From assembly GCF_001194135.2 (NCBI RefSeq), contig NC_068982.1, positions 93,719,171 through 93,783,170 on the forward strand: a DNA stretch of 64,000 bases. Direction: 5' to 3'. Positions within the stretch are counted from its first letter, which is position 1, and each line of letters opens with the position of its first letter. Below are positions 63,001-64,000 of this stretch, one piece after another. The notes beneath the pieces were generated by a model. The model did no database searches, was not told where the DNA came from, and worked only from the letters and a program-made list of their open reading frames with translations. The DNA comes from Octopus bimaculoides (Eukaryota). The position numbers and the translations under genes are program-made.

Positions 63001-64000
63001 GTTTATTATTGATAAACAAGTAGCACTAATCATTAATAGTTAATATTTGAAGTCAACACTATATTTAGCTATATTTTGGTGTTAGTATTCTCACATTTTC
63101 TTATGTACAAATACTCGATAAATTAATGCCTCTTTACACAGTTATTACACATCCCAAAGTTTGATTCCATTTAGAGCTAAAAACTGAAGCTGGTTCATTA
63201 GTTTTGGCACTTAGTTTTGCTTATTGTTTTGCCTGAGACTTTCACTCTTTATTTTGCACTTAGTATATTTGTCTGTTCATCTAATAGAATTTGCTTTGCT
63301 TTTAAAGTAGAATTTTATTTTCCTAATTGAATATTAAATGATTTTTTTAACAGTTGTTTGTTATTGTAATTTAGAAGATATTTTCTTCTGCAGTAAAGAA
63401 AAAAAAACCCATCAAATGCTTAAGGGATTGCCCTGTTGACTTCCCTATTCTTATAGAAAGAAATAACATAAAGCCAAAGCTCTTTCTCTCTTGCCCTTCC
63501 CTCTCCAATTTTACTTTTCCTTTTGCACAAGGTTCTTCTTTCTCGTGAATACCTCACTGTCACCACTGTCTATATCTGTAGCACTACTATATATTACCAA
63601 TATAATTATTAAACGTCTGAAATTTCTTATTTAGTGAATTGGAATTTACATTTAGAATATACGTAAAATTTAACAATATTTACATTATGTAGGTGTAATT
63701 TTGAATGTTCACAGTACCTTGAAGCAACAAGTTGGACATCTTCAATTAAATCAAAGGTACTTGTTAATCCTGTAGTTGGAGAGTGAGTAAAGTAGTCATT
63801 TTGAAAACCTGTAGATCTATTGTAGACCTAAAATCTTATGTTCCTCAGGCTTTTAGAATGAGGAAATTACAAATTTTAAAAAAACATGAAGTAATATTGA
63901 TCTAATTCAGTTTTGCTACTATTCAAAAGCAAAACTTTTAATTTACTTTATATAGATTAAACTCAATGTAGTACATTTATATATTAACATTCTGATAGAA

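Overview
AT-rich animal genomic DNA with two assembly gaps (15517-15686, 50913-51233). The repeat families look like those of Octopus/coleoid cephalopods, which is my recognition and not a database result. The window lies wholly inside one + strand gene, a PPP1R12/MYPT1 (myosin phosphatase targeting subunit) orthologue. I can chain 12 coding exons (1412 nt, about 470 codons) in a consistent reading frame with GT-AG boundaries from 3245 to 60036. They cover the ankyrin repeats, the acidic/Ser region and the RKxGS/RSxSxP motif region. The first exon (RVxF) and the C-terminal exons lie outside the window. A 38.5-kb intron (3376-41836) and the other introns are filled with decayed LINEs (CR1/Jockey-like, RTE), a Gypsy remnant, a Penelope-like RT, two mariners, hAT and TTAA MITEs, tRNA-derived SINEs and a (GAT)n-tailed short retroposon family. 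The most interesting signals are: a textbook zero-length recursive splice site (polypyrimidine-TACAG|GTGAGT at 30530/30531) inside the giant intron; an unexplained GCTAAT-motif cluster just upstream of it; a candidate 21-nt microexon and a strongly acidic symmetric cassette exon; and a knot of long inverted and templated duplications at 39.1-40.6 kb. Almost all other ORFs in the supplied track are noise or transposon fragments.
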